From assembly GCA_040260805.1 (NCBI GenBank), contig JBDQPD010000028.1, forward strand, positions 1-36,477: a DNA stretch of 36,477 nt, given 5' to 3'. The DNA comes from Myxococcota bacterium. GTDB lineage: Bacteria > Myxococcota > UBA4151. The notes under the pieces were generated by a model. That model was given only the letters and a program-made list of their open reading frames with translations. It was not told the origin of the DNA and did not search any database. This document shows positions 16,114 to 24,502 of the stretch, piece by piece (positions within the stretch are counted from its first letter, which is position 1; each line of letters opens with the position of its first letter). The position numbers were made by a program, and so were the translations under genes.

Positions 16114-17243
16114 ACAAAGCGGTTTGGATCAAACAGATCGATGCTCAACGCAGGCGCTTCGTTGCGCGCAAGCTGCGCTAGCGCTTCACCCAAAGCAGGG
16201 ACCATTTTAAACCCGTGTCCGCTCAGACCGGCGCCGACAAAGAGGTCATGATAGGGCGCCACTTTTCCGATCATGAAGTGCTCGTCTGGGGTGACCGTGT
16301 ACATGCACACCGCGTGATCGGTGGGGTTCTCCTCTAGGACCGACTCAAAGCGCCTCGTCAAGAACGCCTGCAGACGCCGTTCGTCGTCGGGATCGATAGA
16401 CCGATCCAAAGCGTGGGCATGATCGATGAGCTGCCCGCCAGAATGCTCAGCAGCCTTAAAGCCTTCGCTCGCTCGATTAGGAAAACCGTAAAATACGCCA
16501 TCTGGCTCTTCGAACAACCAGACAGGAAAACCTTCTGACCGGCTCAAGCGGAGATCCGATGCGTACCAAAACAGCGCCTTACGCTTTATCTGCAGGTGCT
16601 CGCTCAGCGCCGTAGGGAGAAGCTGCGGAGCCCAAGCGCCGGGGCATAAAATGAGTCGCTTAGTCAGGTGGTCGCCGCTGTCGGTGACGACCCGCCAGCG
16701 GCTGCCTTCATGGCTGTAGCCAAGCACCGTTGTGCTGGTCTTTAACTCGGCACCAGCCCGCTCCGCTTTTTGCGCCCAAGCCATCACGCATTCTTCAACA
16801 TTGAGGATGCCACCATCTGGCTCAAAGACGCCCTCTTCGTGATCGTCGATATGGCTAATTTGGGGGAACCTTTGGCGGAGCTCGTTGGCGTTTAAGTGTT
16901 GGACAAAAAGTTGGTGCTGAGCGGCAGCGTGCAAAACACCAGGCACCACGAGGCCGTCCTTTGGACCGATCTCAAGAACGCCGCATAAGTCCATTAGGGG
17001 TTGATCGCTGATGCCTTCAAGTTCGTGCCATCGTTGATAGCTGCGCTTGAGCAAGGGGACGTAATCTGAGTGTTCGAAATAGGCTTTCCGGATCACGCGT
17101 GAGCGGCCGTGCGAGCTCCCGTGGGCATGACCCGGCGCGTGGCGGTCTAAGCCCAGAATACGGGCGCCTGAAGCTGCAAGGTCATGGGCGACGACGCTGC
17201 CCAAACCACCAAGACCAATGACGATGAAATCGTAACCTGCCAT
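16110..17243 (-). CDS. solA: N-methyl-L-tryptophan oxidase / monomeric sarcosine oxidase family flavoprotein
   Basis: GLGGLG FAD motif, HGSSHGRSRVIRKAYFE, flavinylation Cys in AVCMYT, TPDEHF and GLSGHGFK. Confidence 0.9.
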   Translation of the reverse strand: MAGYDFIVIGLGGLGSVVAHDLAASGARILGLDRHAPGHAHGSSHGRSRVIRKAYFEHSDYVPLLKRSYQRWHELEGISDQPLMDLCGVLEIGPKDGLVVPGVLHAAAQHQLFVQHLNANELRQRFPQISHIDDHEEGVFEPDGGILNVEECVMAWAQKAERAGAELKTSTTVLGYSHEGSRWRVVTDSGDHLTKRLILCPGAWAPQLLPTALSEHLQIKRKALFWYASDLRLSRSEGFPVWLFEEPDGVFYGFPNRASEGFKAAEHSGGQLIDHAHALDRSIDPDDERRLQAFLTRRFESVLEENPTDHAVCMYTVTPDEHFMIGKVAPYHDLFVGAGLSGHGFKMVPALGEALAQLARNEAPALSIDLFDPNRFV

Positions 17244-17403
17244 GGGTCTTAGCTTGGTTTAAATCAGCTGCTAGGTCCATGGTCCGTGTCGGTTTACGCG
17301 CCCCCTTATCGTCTGATTGTTTTAAGGGTTGCTCGGTGTTTTGTCTGACCTGTTTTTGAGGCCGCATCCCCGACCATGTGTTCAGGACATCAAGGAGGTC
17401 GCT

Positions 17404-18750
17404 ATGCCAAGGATTCGCTCAACTGTCTCAACACCTGCAAATCAGCCTTTGCCGAATACCACACGGGTTCGCTCGGGTGATTCACTCACGGCGATTGCAG
17501 GGCGTCACGGCGTTTCTCTGCAAGCATTGATCGCAGCGAATCCTCAGATCAATGACCCCAATTCGATTCGGGTCGGACAGTCGATCAATCTGCCCGGTGG
17601 CGCCATTACGCCTGCGAACGATGTACCCAGTGAACCAGCCTCAGGTCGCACCTATACCGTGCGCTCTGGAGACAGCTTGAATGCGATCGCTGCTCGTCAT
17701 GGCTGCCCGGTGGATGCGCTCATGCGAGCCAATCCACAGATCACCAATCCAAGCCTGATCCGCGCAGGCCAGGTCTTGGATTTGCCCTGCGGCGCGGGCA
17801 CCGATCGTATGGCGAATAGGTGGTCTGATGAAGGCGCAAGCGGGGCTCGCTGGCGTGCTTTTCGTGGCATCAATGCAGGCCGTACGCTCAGGCGAGGTCA
17901 TGCGGGTGATGATGTTCGCCAGCTGCAAGAGGCTCTAGTCGCTACCGGTCATATGACCGAGCGTGATGCTGCGAACGGTCCAGGTATCTTTGGTCCGATC
18001 ACTCAAAACAGTGTTGAGCGGTTCCAGCGTGCCCAAGGTCTGAGCGTCGATGGGGTCGCTGGTCCTCAAACTCGAGCGGCGCTTGGGCGAGCCTTGTCGC
18101 AGAATTCTCGCCCGGCCCGGCGTGAGGTGGTTGTTCCTGCTCCCCGGTCTGGCCGCCCCTCGGTGCATCAGCCGCAGCCAGGAACGTATGACGGGAGGAC
18201 GCCTGCGACGGGAACCACCAACACAAGAGCATGGATTCCAGTGGATGCACCGCTACAGAACCAGTCGGGTGATCGCAACGCAAACCGCTACGATCAGGTG
18301 CTCAATCAATTTGGGGTGGGCTCTAATCCCCGCTATCGGCCTCGGGGCGGCAACACCTACTGCAATATCTTCGTCTGGGACGCCACCCGCGCGATGGGGG
18401 CTGAGATTCCACACTGGGTCGATCAGAGCGGTCGCCCCGCTCGGGTAGGAGCACCTGGCGCCTGGGAAATGGACGCCAACGACACCAACCGCTGGCTCAA
18501 CAACCAAGGCGCAGGCGCCGGTTGGCGTCGAGTCAGCGCAGCGCAAGCCCAAGCCCACGCCAACACCGGCGCACCCTCGGTCGTGTCCTGGAAAAACCCG
18601 GGCGGGATCGGTCACATCGGGATGGTTCGCCCCGGTCAGCTGACTGATCGAGGTCCAGCTATGGCTCAAGCTGGCTCACGCAACTTCAACAACGGACACG
18701 TCGCCGACGGATTTGGTCGACGCCAACCCGAGTACTGGATCCACGACTAA
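17404..18750 (+). CDS. Peptidoglycan hydrolase: 2 LysM domains, a PG-binding domain and a C-terminal CHAP/NlpC-like Cys-His amidase
   Basis: AGGAGG RBS before ATG 17404. Two VRSGDSL..IA.RHG....L..ANPQI LysM repeats, PG_binding_1 motif (V..LQ.AL...FG..T...V..FQ...GL.VDG.AG), and candidate catalytic YCNIF and GHIGMV. Confidence 0.85.
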   Translation: MPRIRSTVSTPANQPLPNTTRVRSGDSLTAIAGRHGVSLQALIAANPQINDPNSIRVGQSINLPGGAITPANDVPSEPASGRTYTVRSGDSLNAIAARHGCPVDALMRANPQITNPSLIRAGQVLDLPCGAGTDRMANRWSDEGASGARWRAFRGINAGRTLRRGHAGDDVRQLQEALVATGHMTERDAANGPGIFGPITQNSVERFQRAQGLSVDGVAGPQTRAALGRALSQNSRPARREVVVPAPRSGRPSVHQPQPGTYDGRTPATGTTNTRAWIPVDAPLQNQSGDRNANRYDQVLNQFGVGSNPRYRPRGGNTYCNIFVWDATRAMGAEIPHWVDQSGRPARVGAPGAWEMDANDTNRWLNNQGAGAGWRRVSAAQAQAHANTGAPSVVSWKNPGGIGHIGMVRPGQLTDRGPAMAQAGSRNFNNGHVADGFGRRQPEYWIHD

Positions 18751-18759
18751 TGAACTGCT

Positions 18760-20244
18760 TTACCGAGTGCAGGTTTCCCACAAGTTGACCGCGCCGCAGC
18801 CGGTTCGGTTGATGCATTCGGTGAGCGAGTCTAAGTTCGTCAGTCCGCTGCGGACACCACTCAAAGCGCACCAGCCTTCGAGCACAACAGGGTTGTAAAA
18901 ACGCGTCCCTGGGCAACGATCGATCATGTGCGAGACGTATTGCTGACAGGTCTGAGCGACCGTCGGCAGCGCAGGCGCTAAACAGGTGCTCGGGAGGAAC
19001 TCACCGCACTCTCGAGCCGCAGCCCGGTTCCGGATACAGGTGTCGTAGGTTGCGGTCTGCTCGATGCCCATCGAGTTGCGCATCCGTGAGCAATTGTGGA
19101 TGCACTGTTCGGTCGGGTCTCCGCAGGCGATGCACGCCTGACGGCACAGCGGGTGAACCTCAACAGCGTTCGGGTCCCAGATACCTTGCAGACAGGTTCG
19201 GATGTCTTGGCAGCTGTCTCCCGCTCCGCGCAGGCAGTTCTGAATGTTCTCGACACCGGTTTGACCGACGGCGCGGGTTAGCCCGTTTGCCATCATTTGG
19301 CAGTACATTCCTAAGCCTTCGCAGCGCTCGGCTTGGCGGCAGACTTCGCCGATGGTCTCCGCTCTGCCGGTGTGCTCCTGGCTGCGAATCAGGCAACGAT
19401 ACCAGTCACCCCCATCGCAGCTTGCATCCGAGAGGCATTCGACTAAGACGTTTCCGCCCAGACCGGTTTGATCGTTCGGTGTGCGCCAGCCTTCACATTC
19501 CCACGCTGCGGCCCAAGCCGAGCGGTCACGGTCTCGCTCGCATTCGGCGACCGTCAAGCCTCGGTTGATGCAAGCTTGAGTGGGGGCAGGTCCTAGATAA
19601 TCGGTGGGTGAGCAATTGTAGCGACGTCCGCGCTGAGCGCCGCATTGGTTCACGGCGCATTGCAGCCAGGCTTGCCGTGCGGGTGGCGCCATCATGGCTA
19701 GAAGACCTTCGCATTCATGACCGCAGATCATCGGATCTCCGTTCAACTCTACGCTGCACTGACGCAGCGAGCGGTTGTCACAGACATCTTGGCAAGCCTG
19801 AGAGATCTCTCGATCTGGAAGACAGCGCCAGGTCTCGCACGAGGTGTCATGAATACACTCTAGGTATTCGTCACGGTCTGCAACCGGTACACCCGGTAAC
19901 GCCACGCGGCATTGGGCGCGACACTCGCGCCCACAGGGCATCCCCAAGCACGCCTCAGCGCAGACGTCTTCTTCCGGCGGCGGCTCGGGGGGCTCTGGCG
20001 GTTCAAAACCTGCGTCGTAATCTCCTGGCTCCATCTCGCCCACGTCCTGGCCAAGCGCCGGGACGTCGGTGCTGCCCGCATCGGCGAGCAAGTCAGGACC
20101 GCTGTCCCAAGCCATCACACCAGAATCCACCGCAGTGGGGGGCGTCACCACGCCCGCGTCGCTCGAAAGGTCCGGCGCATCGGGTTGTGCTGTGCAAGCC
20201 CCAGAAGCTAGAGCAAACAAAGCTAAGAATGATGAAAGCCGCAT
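18760..20244 (-). CDS. Cys-rich lipoprotein of unknown function
   Basis: Start ATG 20244 with a GGAG RBS, lipobox ASGAC, a DAG/Pro-rich linker, then many C-x3-C helical repeats. Confidence 0.75.
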   Translation of the reverse strand: MRLSSFLALFALASGACTAQPDAPDLSSDAGVVTPPTAVDSGVMAWDSGPDLLADAGSTDVPALGQDVGEMEPGDYDAGFEPPEPPEPPPEEDVCAEACLGMPCGRECRAQCRVALPGVPVADRDEYLECIHDTSCETWRCLPDREISQACQDVCDNRSLRQCSVELNGDPMICGHECEGLLAMMAPPARQAWLQCAVNQCGAQRGRRYNCSPTDYLGPAPTQACINRGLTVAECERDRDRSAWAAAWECEGWRTPNDQTGLGGNVLVECLSDASCDGGDWYRCLIRSQEHTGRAETIGEVCRQAERCEGLGMYCQMMANGLTRAVGQTGVENIQNCLRGAGDSCQDIRTCLQGIWDPNAVEVHPLCRQACIACGDPTEQCIHNCSRMRNSMGIEQTATYDTCIRNRAAARECGEFLPSTCLAPALPTVAQTCQQYVSHMIDRCPGTRFYNPVVLEGWCALSGVRSGLTNLDSLTECINRTGCGAVNLWETCTR

Positions 20245-20310
20245 GATCACACTCCGTCGCCCCGTTTTAGCTGCTGATCGAAGCCTCGGCAACCGCAACC
20301 ATTTATTGTT

Positions 20311-21228
20311 GTGAATGTCTTGGTTTTAGCGCTTTCTCTCAGCCTTTTACAAATCTCTGAGCTGCGTGAGCATCAGCTGCCAGCCGAGCACAGCTCATGG
20401 ACCAGCTACCGGCTGATGTTTGGCTTCGCCGACTACGCTCAAAGGCATAGGATCGAGTGGCTCAAAGTTCGTGATCATCAGCTGGTGAGTCAACGCTTTG
20501 AGCCGGTGGGTACTGCGCACAGCGTGGTGCATGTGGTTCATGGATATCTTGACCACACCGGTACGCAACAGCCCATCATCAAAGCGTTGACCGATCAGGG
20601 GTTTGCCGTTCGCTCGATCGATCTGCCCGGTCATGGGGTTTCGCAAGGTCCTCGCGCTCAGGTCAACAGCATGGAGCACTACATCGAAGCCTTGCAGGTA
20701 TGGATCAAAGAACAACCTCGACCGCTGCGGATCGTTGCCCATTCGATGGGCGGCGCGGTGGTCATGGAAGCGATGCGCCAAGGATTGATCACCCCGAGTG
20801 ATCAGATCGTTCTGATCGCCCCCTTGGTTCGGTGGAAGGGTTGGCGAATCAGCGCGATTGGACAGTTTCTCTTGGGCTGGGCGATCAATTCGGTCCCCCG
20901 AGGTGTTCACGCCACCAGTCACGATCAGGCGTTCCAAGAGCTGCGTAGAGATGATCCTCTGCGCTTTGACCGTGTGCCGTTAAATTGGACCCGCTCATTG
21001 AGACGATGGTCTCGCAGTTTTGAGCAGCAAACGGCTTTGCATCACCGACCAAAAGTTCTCCAAGGGCGCCGCGATGGGGTGGTCGATTGGCGAGCAAATT
21101 ATCGCCTAATTCAAAGCGTCTTTCCGCGTGCGTCGTTTCACTTTTTCAAAAACGGAAAACATCATCTACAAGGTGAGTCGCCAACCATGCGCCTGCGTGT
21201 ACTGGCGATGATTGTTGAGCATTTTTAG
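20311..21228 (+). CDS. Alpha/beta hydrolase, lysophospholipase/monoacylglycerol lipase (Hydrolase_4-like)
   Basis: VHGYLDH, IDLPGHGVS, nucleophile AHSMGG, Asp in DGVV and His in KHHL. GTG start with a hydrophobic N-terminus. Confidence 0.85.
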   Translation: MNVLVLALSLSLLQISELREHQLPAEHSSWTSYRLMFGFADYAQRHRIEWLKVRDHQLVSQRFEPVGTAHSVVHVVHGYLDHTGTQQPIIKALTDQGFAVRSIDLPGHGVSQGPRAQVNSMEHYIEALQVWIKEQPRPLRIVAHSMGGAVVMEAMRQGLITPSDQIVLIAPLVRWKGWRISAIGQFLLGWAINSVPRGVHATSHDQAFQELRRDDPLRFDRVPLNWTRSLRRWSRSFEQQTALHHRPKVLQGRRDGVVDWRANYRLIQSVFPRASFHFFKNGKHHLQGESPTMRLRVLAMIVEHF

Positions 21229-21238
21229 GGAGTCTTTT

Positions 21239-21898
21239 GTGATTATTCGTTTGTTGGCGCTTTGTGCTTTGACTGTCGCTTGTTCGGGTCGCAACATGCC
21301 GCCCGATGGTCCGCGCGAGTCTGTCGATGGTGGCGCTGTCGTCGACGCGAGCGTGGCGCTTGATGCCTCGAGCTTGGATGCGGGACCGGACTGCGTATCG
21401 GGCGATCAAGCCTGCAGCGATGAACAAATGGGAAGCCAGACTCAGCCGTGCATGCCTTGGGAAGAGGATTGCGAGCGCCGCCAACTGTGCAGCGATCGTT
21501 CTGTGCACTGGTGCCGTCCCGCTGGGAGCTGTTTGGCTGCGCCAAGTTGTCCGCTTGGGGCACAACAAACCGATTACCCCTGCGGTCCGAATGAATCGGA
21601 TTGCTCGATTCAAACGATGTGTGGCATCTACCTTTTTTGTCGCCCCTTGGTGAACTGCGCTGCGGTTCCCTCCTGCGAGGACGACGACGAAGCGTCGCGC
21701 ACCCCGTGCGGACTCAATGAAACGCAATGCCTCCGAGCGTCAGAATGCGGTGCGACCGTATGGTGTCGAGAGGGGCCGTCGTGCGACTCGATACCGGAAT
21801 GCAGCCGAGGGGTCGCAACCGATTACCCGTGCGCCGCCAATGAGCCCTACTGCGAGCCCTCAACGATCTGCGCAAAAACGCGGTTTTGTCGCTTCTAG
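21239..21898 (+). CDS. Small Cys-rich lipoprotein with four ~35-aa disulfide repeats
   Basis: GGGAG RBS, GTG start, lipobox LTVAC and the repeat C..[AI]P.C......T..PC..NE..C.....C.....CR. Confidence 0.75.
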   Translation: MIIRLLALCALTVACSGRNMPPDGPRESVDGGAVVDASVALDASSLDAGPDCVSGDQACSDEQMGSQTQPCMPWEEDCERRQLCSDRSVHWCRPAGSCLAAPSCPLGAQQTDYPCGPNESDCSIQTMCGIYLFCRPLVNCAAVPSCEDDDEASRTPCGLNETQCLRASECGATVWCREGPSCDSIPECSRGVATDYPCAANEPYCEPSTICAKTRFCRF

Positions 21899-23241
21899 AC
21901 CCGGATACTTCGCCAAGCTCCGCGTTTCCACATCAGCGCAAAGAGCGCCGCCTGAACGAGTCGGTAGCTGCCATTGGCGATCCAGATCTCGAGCAAACCC
22001 AGCCCAGCAAAGACGACCAGTCCATAGGCGATCGGGAGAAAGAACCCCCACTGCGTGATGACGCTGACCACGAGGGTTTGTTTGCTGGCGCCGGCGCCTA
22101 GAAGCGCATTCATCAGCACCAAGCCGACGCTGTCAAAAGCGATGATCGCACAAAATATCTGTAAGGGCAGAACGGCGATCTCAAGAGTGGTCGGGTCGTG
22201 AAGAAAAAAGCCGATCAGCGGGCGGGCAAAGACAACCCCTAAAATGCCCAAGGTGCCGAGCATGAACATGGCTAATCGCGCCACATCCCAACCCCAAGCT
22301 TCGGCGTCGTCGGGGTCGCCTCGTCCGAGCGCTTGACCCACTAAGGTGGCTGCAGCAAGTCCCATACCCACGCCCGGCAAAATGGCGACCAGCATAATGT
22401 TAACGAGGACACTAGCGGCTGCGGTCGACTGCGTACCCACCAACCCGATGATCCAGAACATCACGGTGAGTCCGGCTGCGAACAAGAACTGCTGAGCGCT
22501 CGCAGGCACCCAAAGACCGATCAGGACACGCAGCCCAGATCGAGTCGGCACGCCGCCTAAGAAGCCTTTGTCTCGTGCCTCGAACCAGGCCTGTCCCGCA
22601 TAAAGTAGTGCAGCGATACAGGTCGCCACCGCGCTGCCGATGCCTGCGCCTAACACCCCGAGCTCGGGCGCGCCGAACATGCCGAAGATCAAAATGAAGT
22701 TCAGGGAAATATTGATGACGTGGGTAATGATCAGCGTCCGCATGTACACGACCGGACGCCCAATACCGTTGAAGAAGCCCCTAAAGGCGAAACTCATGCC
22801 GCCAAAAAATAGAGTCGATAGGCGAGCTTGAAGGTAGGGAATACCTAAACTGTGCACAGCCGGGTCGGAGTTGAGCAAAGGGAAGAACCACGGCGTCGCC
22901 ACGATCAGCAAGACGGTTAGAGGGATGCCGAACAAAAAAGCGACGCCGAGGGCACCGTTGAGGGGGTGAGCCGCCTCTTTAGCGCGACCCTCGCCGACTC
23001 GCCTTGAAGCCATCGACTGGACCGCCGCGCTCAGCCCCATCATGGTGGCGATCGCCATGAAGAAGGCGAACCCGCCGACACCTGTCGCCGCCAGCGAGGC
23101 GTCACCCAAAACGCCGACCATCGCCGTATCCACCAGATTCAGTAGGTTTTGCGACAGCATCCCGCCGATGATCGGTAACGCTAAGGTCAAAATCCTTTGT
23201 CGGCGTGGCTTAGACGGTGAAGGTGGAGCGGCTTGGGTCAT
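21895..23241 (-). CDS. MATE family efflux transporter
   Basis: LALPIIGGMLSQNLLNLVDTAMVG, about 12 hydrophobic segments, LNFILIFG.FG.PELGV.GAG and LVGQALG. Confidence 0.93.
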   Translation of the reverse strand: MTQAAPPSPSKPRRQRILTLALPIIGGMLSQNLLNLVDTAMVGVLGDASLAATGVGGFAFFMAIATMMGLSAAVQSMASRRVGEGRAKEAAHPLNGALGVAFLFGIPLTVLLIVATPWFFPLLNSDPAVHSLGIPYLQARLSTLFFGGMSFAFRGFFNGIGRPVVYMRTLIITHVINISLNFILIFGMFGAPELGVLGAGIGSAVATCIAALLYAGQAWFEARDKGFLGGVPTRSGLRVLIGLWVPASAQQFLFAAGLTVMFWIIGLVGTQSTAAASVLVNIMLVAILPGVGMGLAAATLVGQALGRGDPDDAEAWGWDVARLAMFMLGTLGILGVVFARPLIGFFLHDPTTLEIAVLPLQIFCAIIAFDSVGLVLMNALLGAGASKQTLVVSVITQWGFFLPIAYGLVVFAGLGLLEIWIANGSYRLVQAALFALMWKRGAWRSIRV

Positions 23242-23331
23242 GGTGGGGCTGTTTGGCCTGCGCAGCGCATAAGAGCAATGTCCAAGCCCAAGCCGATCGA
23301 TTGATCCGAGCCAACAAGGTCGAGTTAGCCC

Positions 23332-23364
23332 AAAAAAAGAACAAAAGACTGGCGTGAGCCAGCC
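23332..23364 (-). terminator. Rho-independent terminator after the Kazal-domain gene
   Basis: Minus-strand hairpin GGCTGGC-TCAC-GCCAGTC followed by TTTTGTTCTTTTTTT. Confidence 0.7.
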
Positions 23365-23411
23365 TTGAGTCCCGGTACCGCTGGGGGACGGGTGATCCTA
23401 TCGCATACAGG

Positions 23412-24407
23412 CTAGCGACAGGGCCCTTCGTTTCGAACGCTGGTACCGGCAGCGTTCGCTTCACATGGGTTGCCATATTCTTGGTTATCGCAGCCGCAGA
23501 CCGGCGCGAGCATTCGGTCGCACAGGCCCGGACGCTCTTCACAGGCTCCGCCAGTGCTTTCGTTACCGACCGGGCATGACCCCGCTGGTCGGTTGCAGAA
23601 ATGGGTCGGGGCGCACATCACGGGCGCACGGGGAGGACCGCAAGCGCCATCGCCGGGTCGCGGAGGCGGAGCTACTTCGCATTCGCCTTCTGCTTTGAGT
23701 TGAACCCGGACACCGACAAGTTCGCACAGGTTCGGATAGGTTTGGTTGTCGCAACCACAGACGGGTTGGTAGATCTCACCGCAGCTGCGGCGAATCGTCT
23801 CGCAGGTGCCACCTTCTGGTCGCTGCTGACCGCACGCAGGGCCTCGATCGAGACAGAATTCACCGTTGTCGCATTGGCGTCCATTAGGGATTCCGCAGCC
23901 CGCTTCGCAGCTCCCGTTGTGCTCGACGGAGACGCCTTGAACGTGCGCCTGGCACGCGTTGCTGTAGGTGTTGCCATCGCAGCCACAGACCGGACGGTAG
24001 TCACGAGTGCACGACTCGGGAATCAACTCGCACTGACCGCCCATGTCGGTGCTGCCGCACATGTGCTCGATCGGGAACAGGCAAAAAGCACCAGGACCGC
24101 AGTCTTCGATGCCGCCTCGTGTGCCACAAACACCCACCGGAAGGCCGGCATCGCCCAAGGGTGCTCCTGCATCCGAAGAGGGGACGGGGCCCGCATCGTC
24201 AGGACTCACCGGACCTGCATCCGTCGCAGGCGTTGGGCCTGAATCGGTTGCGGGAGTAACTCCTGCATCATCGGCTGGTGTCGAGCCACTGTCCGCAGCG
24301 ACTTGGCCGGCATCAGCGACAGCCTGCCCGGCGTCATCGCCGTCTTCAATCGCTGTAGGACAGCCGGCTAGCGCGGCACAAAATAGGGTGACAACTGCAA
24401 ATCGCAT
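23412..24407 (-). CDS. Lipoprotein with three Kazal-type serine protease inhibitor domains
   Basis: Start ATG 24407, lipobox ALAGC and a DAG-repeat linker. Three C-x5-PVCGCD..[TE]Y.N.C Kazal motifs, each preceded by a small Cys module. Confidence 0.88.
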   Translation of the reverse strand: MRFAVVTLFCAALAGCPTAIEDGDDAGQAVADAGQVAADSGSTPADDAGVTPATDSGPTPATDAGPVSPDDAGPVPSSDAGAPLGDAGLPVGVCGTRGGIEDCGPGAFCLFPIEHMCGSTDMGGQCELIPESCTRDYRPVCGCDGNTYSNACQAHVQGVSVEHNGSCEAGCGIPNGRQCDNGEFCLDRGPACGQQRPEGGTCETIRRSCGEIYQPVCGCDNQTYPNLCELVGVRVQLKAEGECEVAPPPRPGDGACGPPRAPVMCAPTHFCNRPAGSCPVGNESTGGACEERPGLCDRMLAPVCGCDNQEYGNPCEANAAGTSVRNEGPCR

Positions 24408-24502
24408 CAGGATTCCCTTCGGGTTCAGGCGAAGACCATAGCGGCCCGCTCGAGATATCGCCACTTTTGATCGGAGTGCTTACCCATTTTGGGGAACGCT
24501 GT

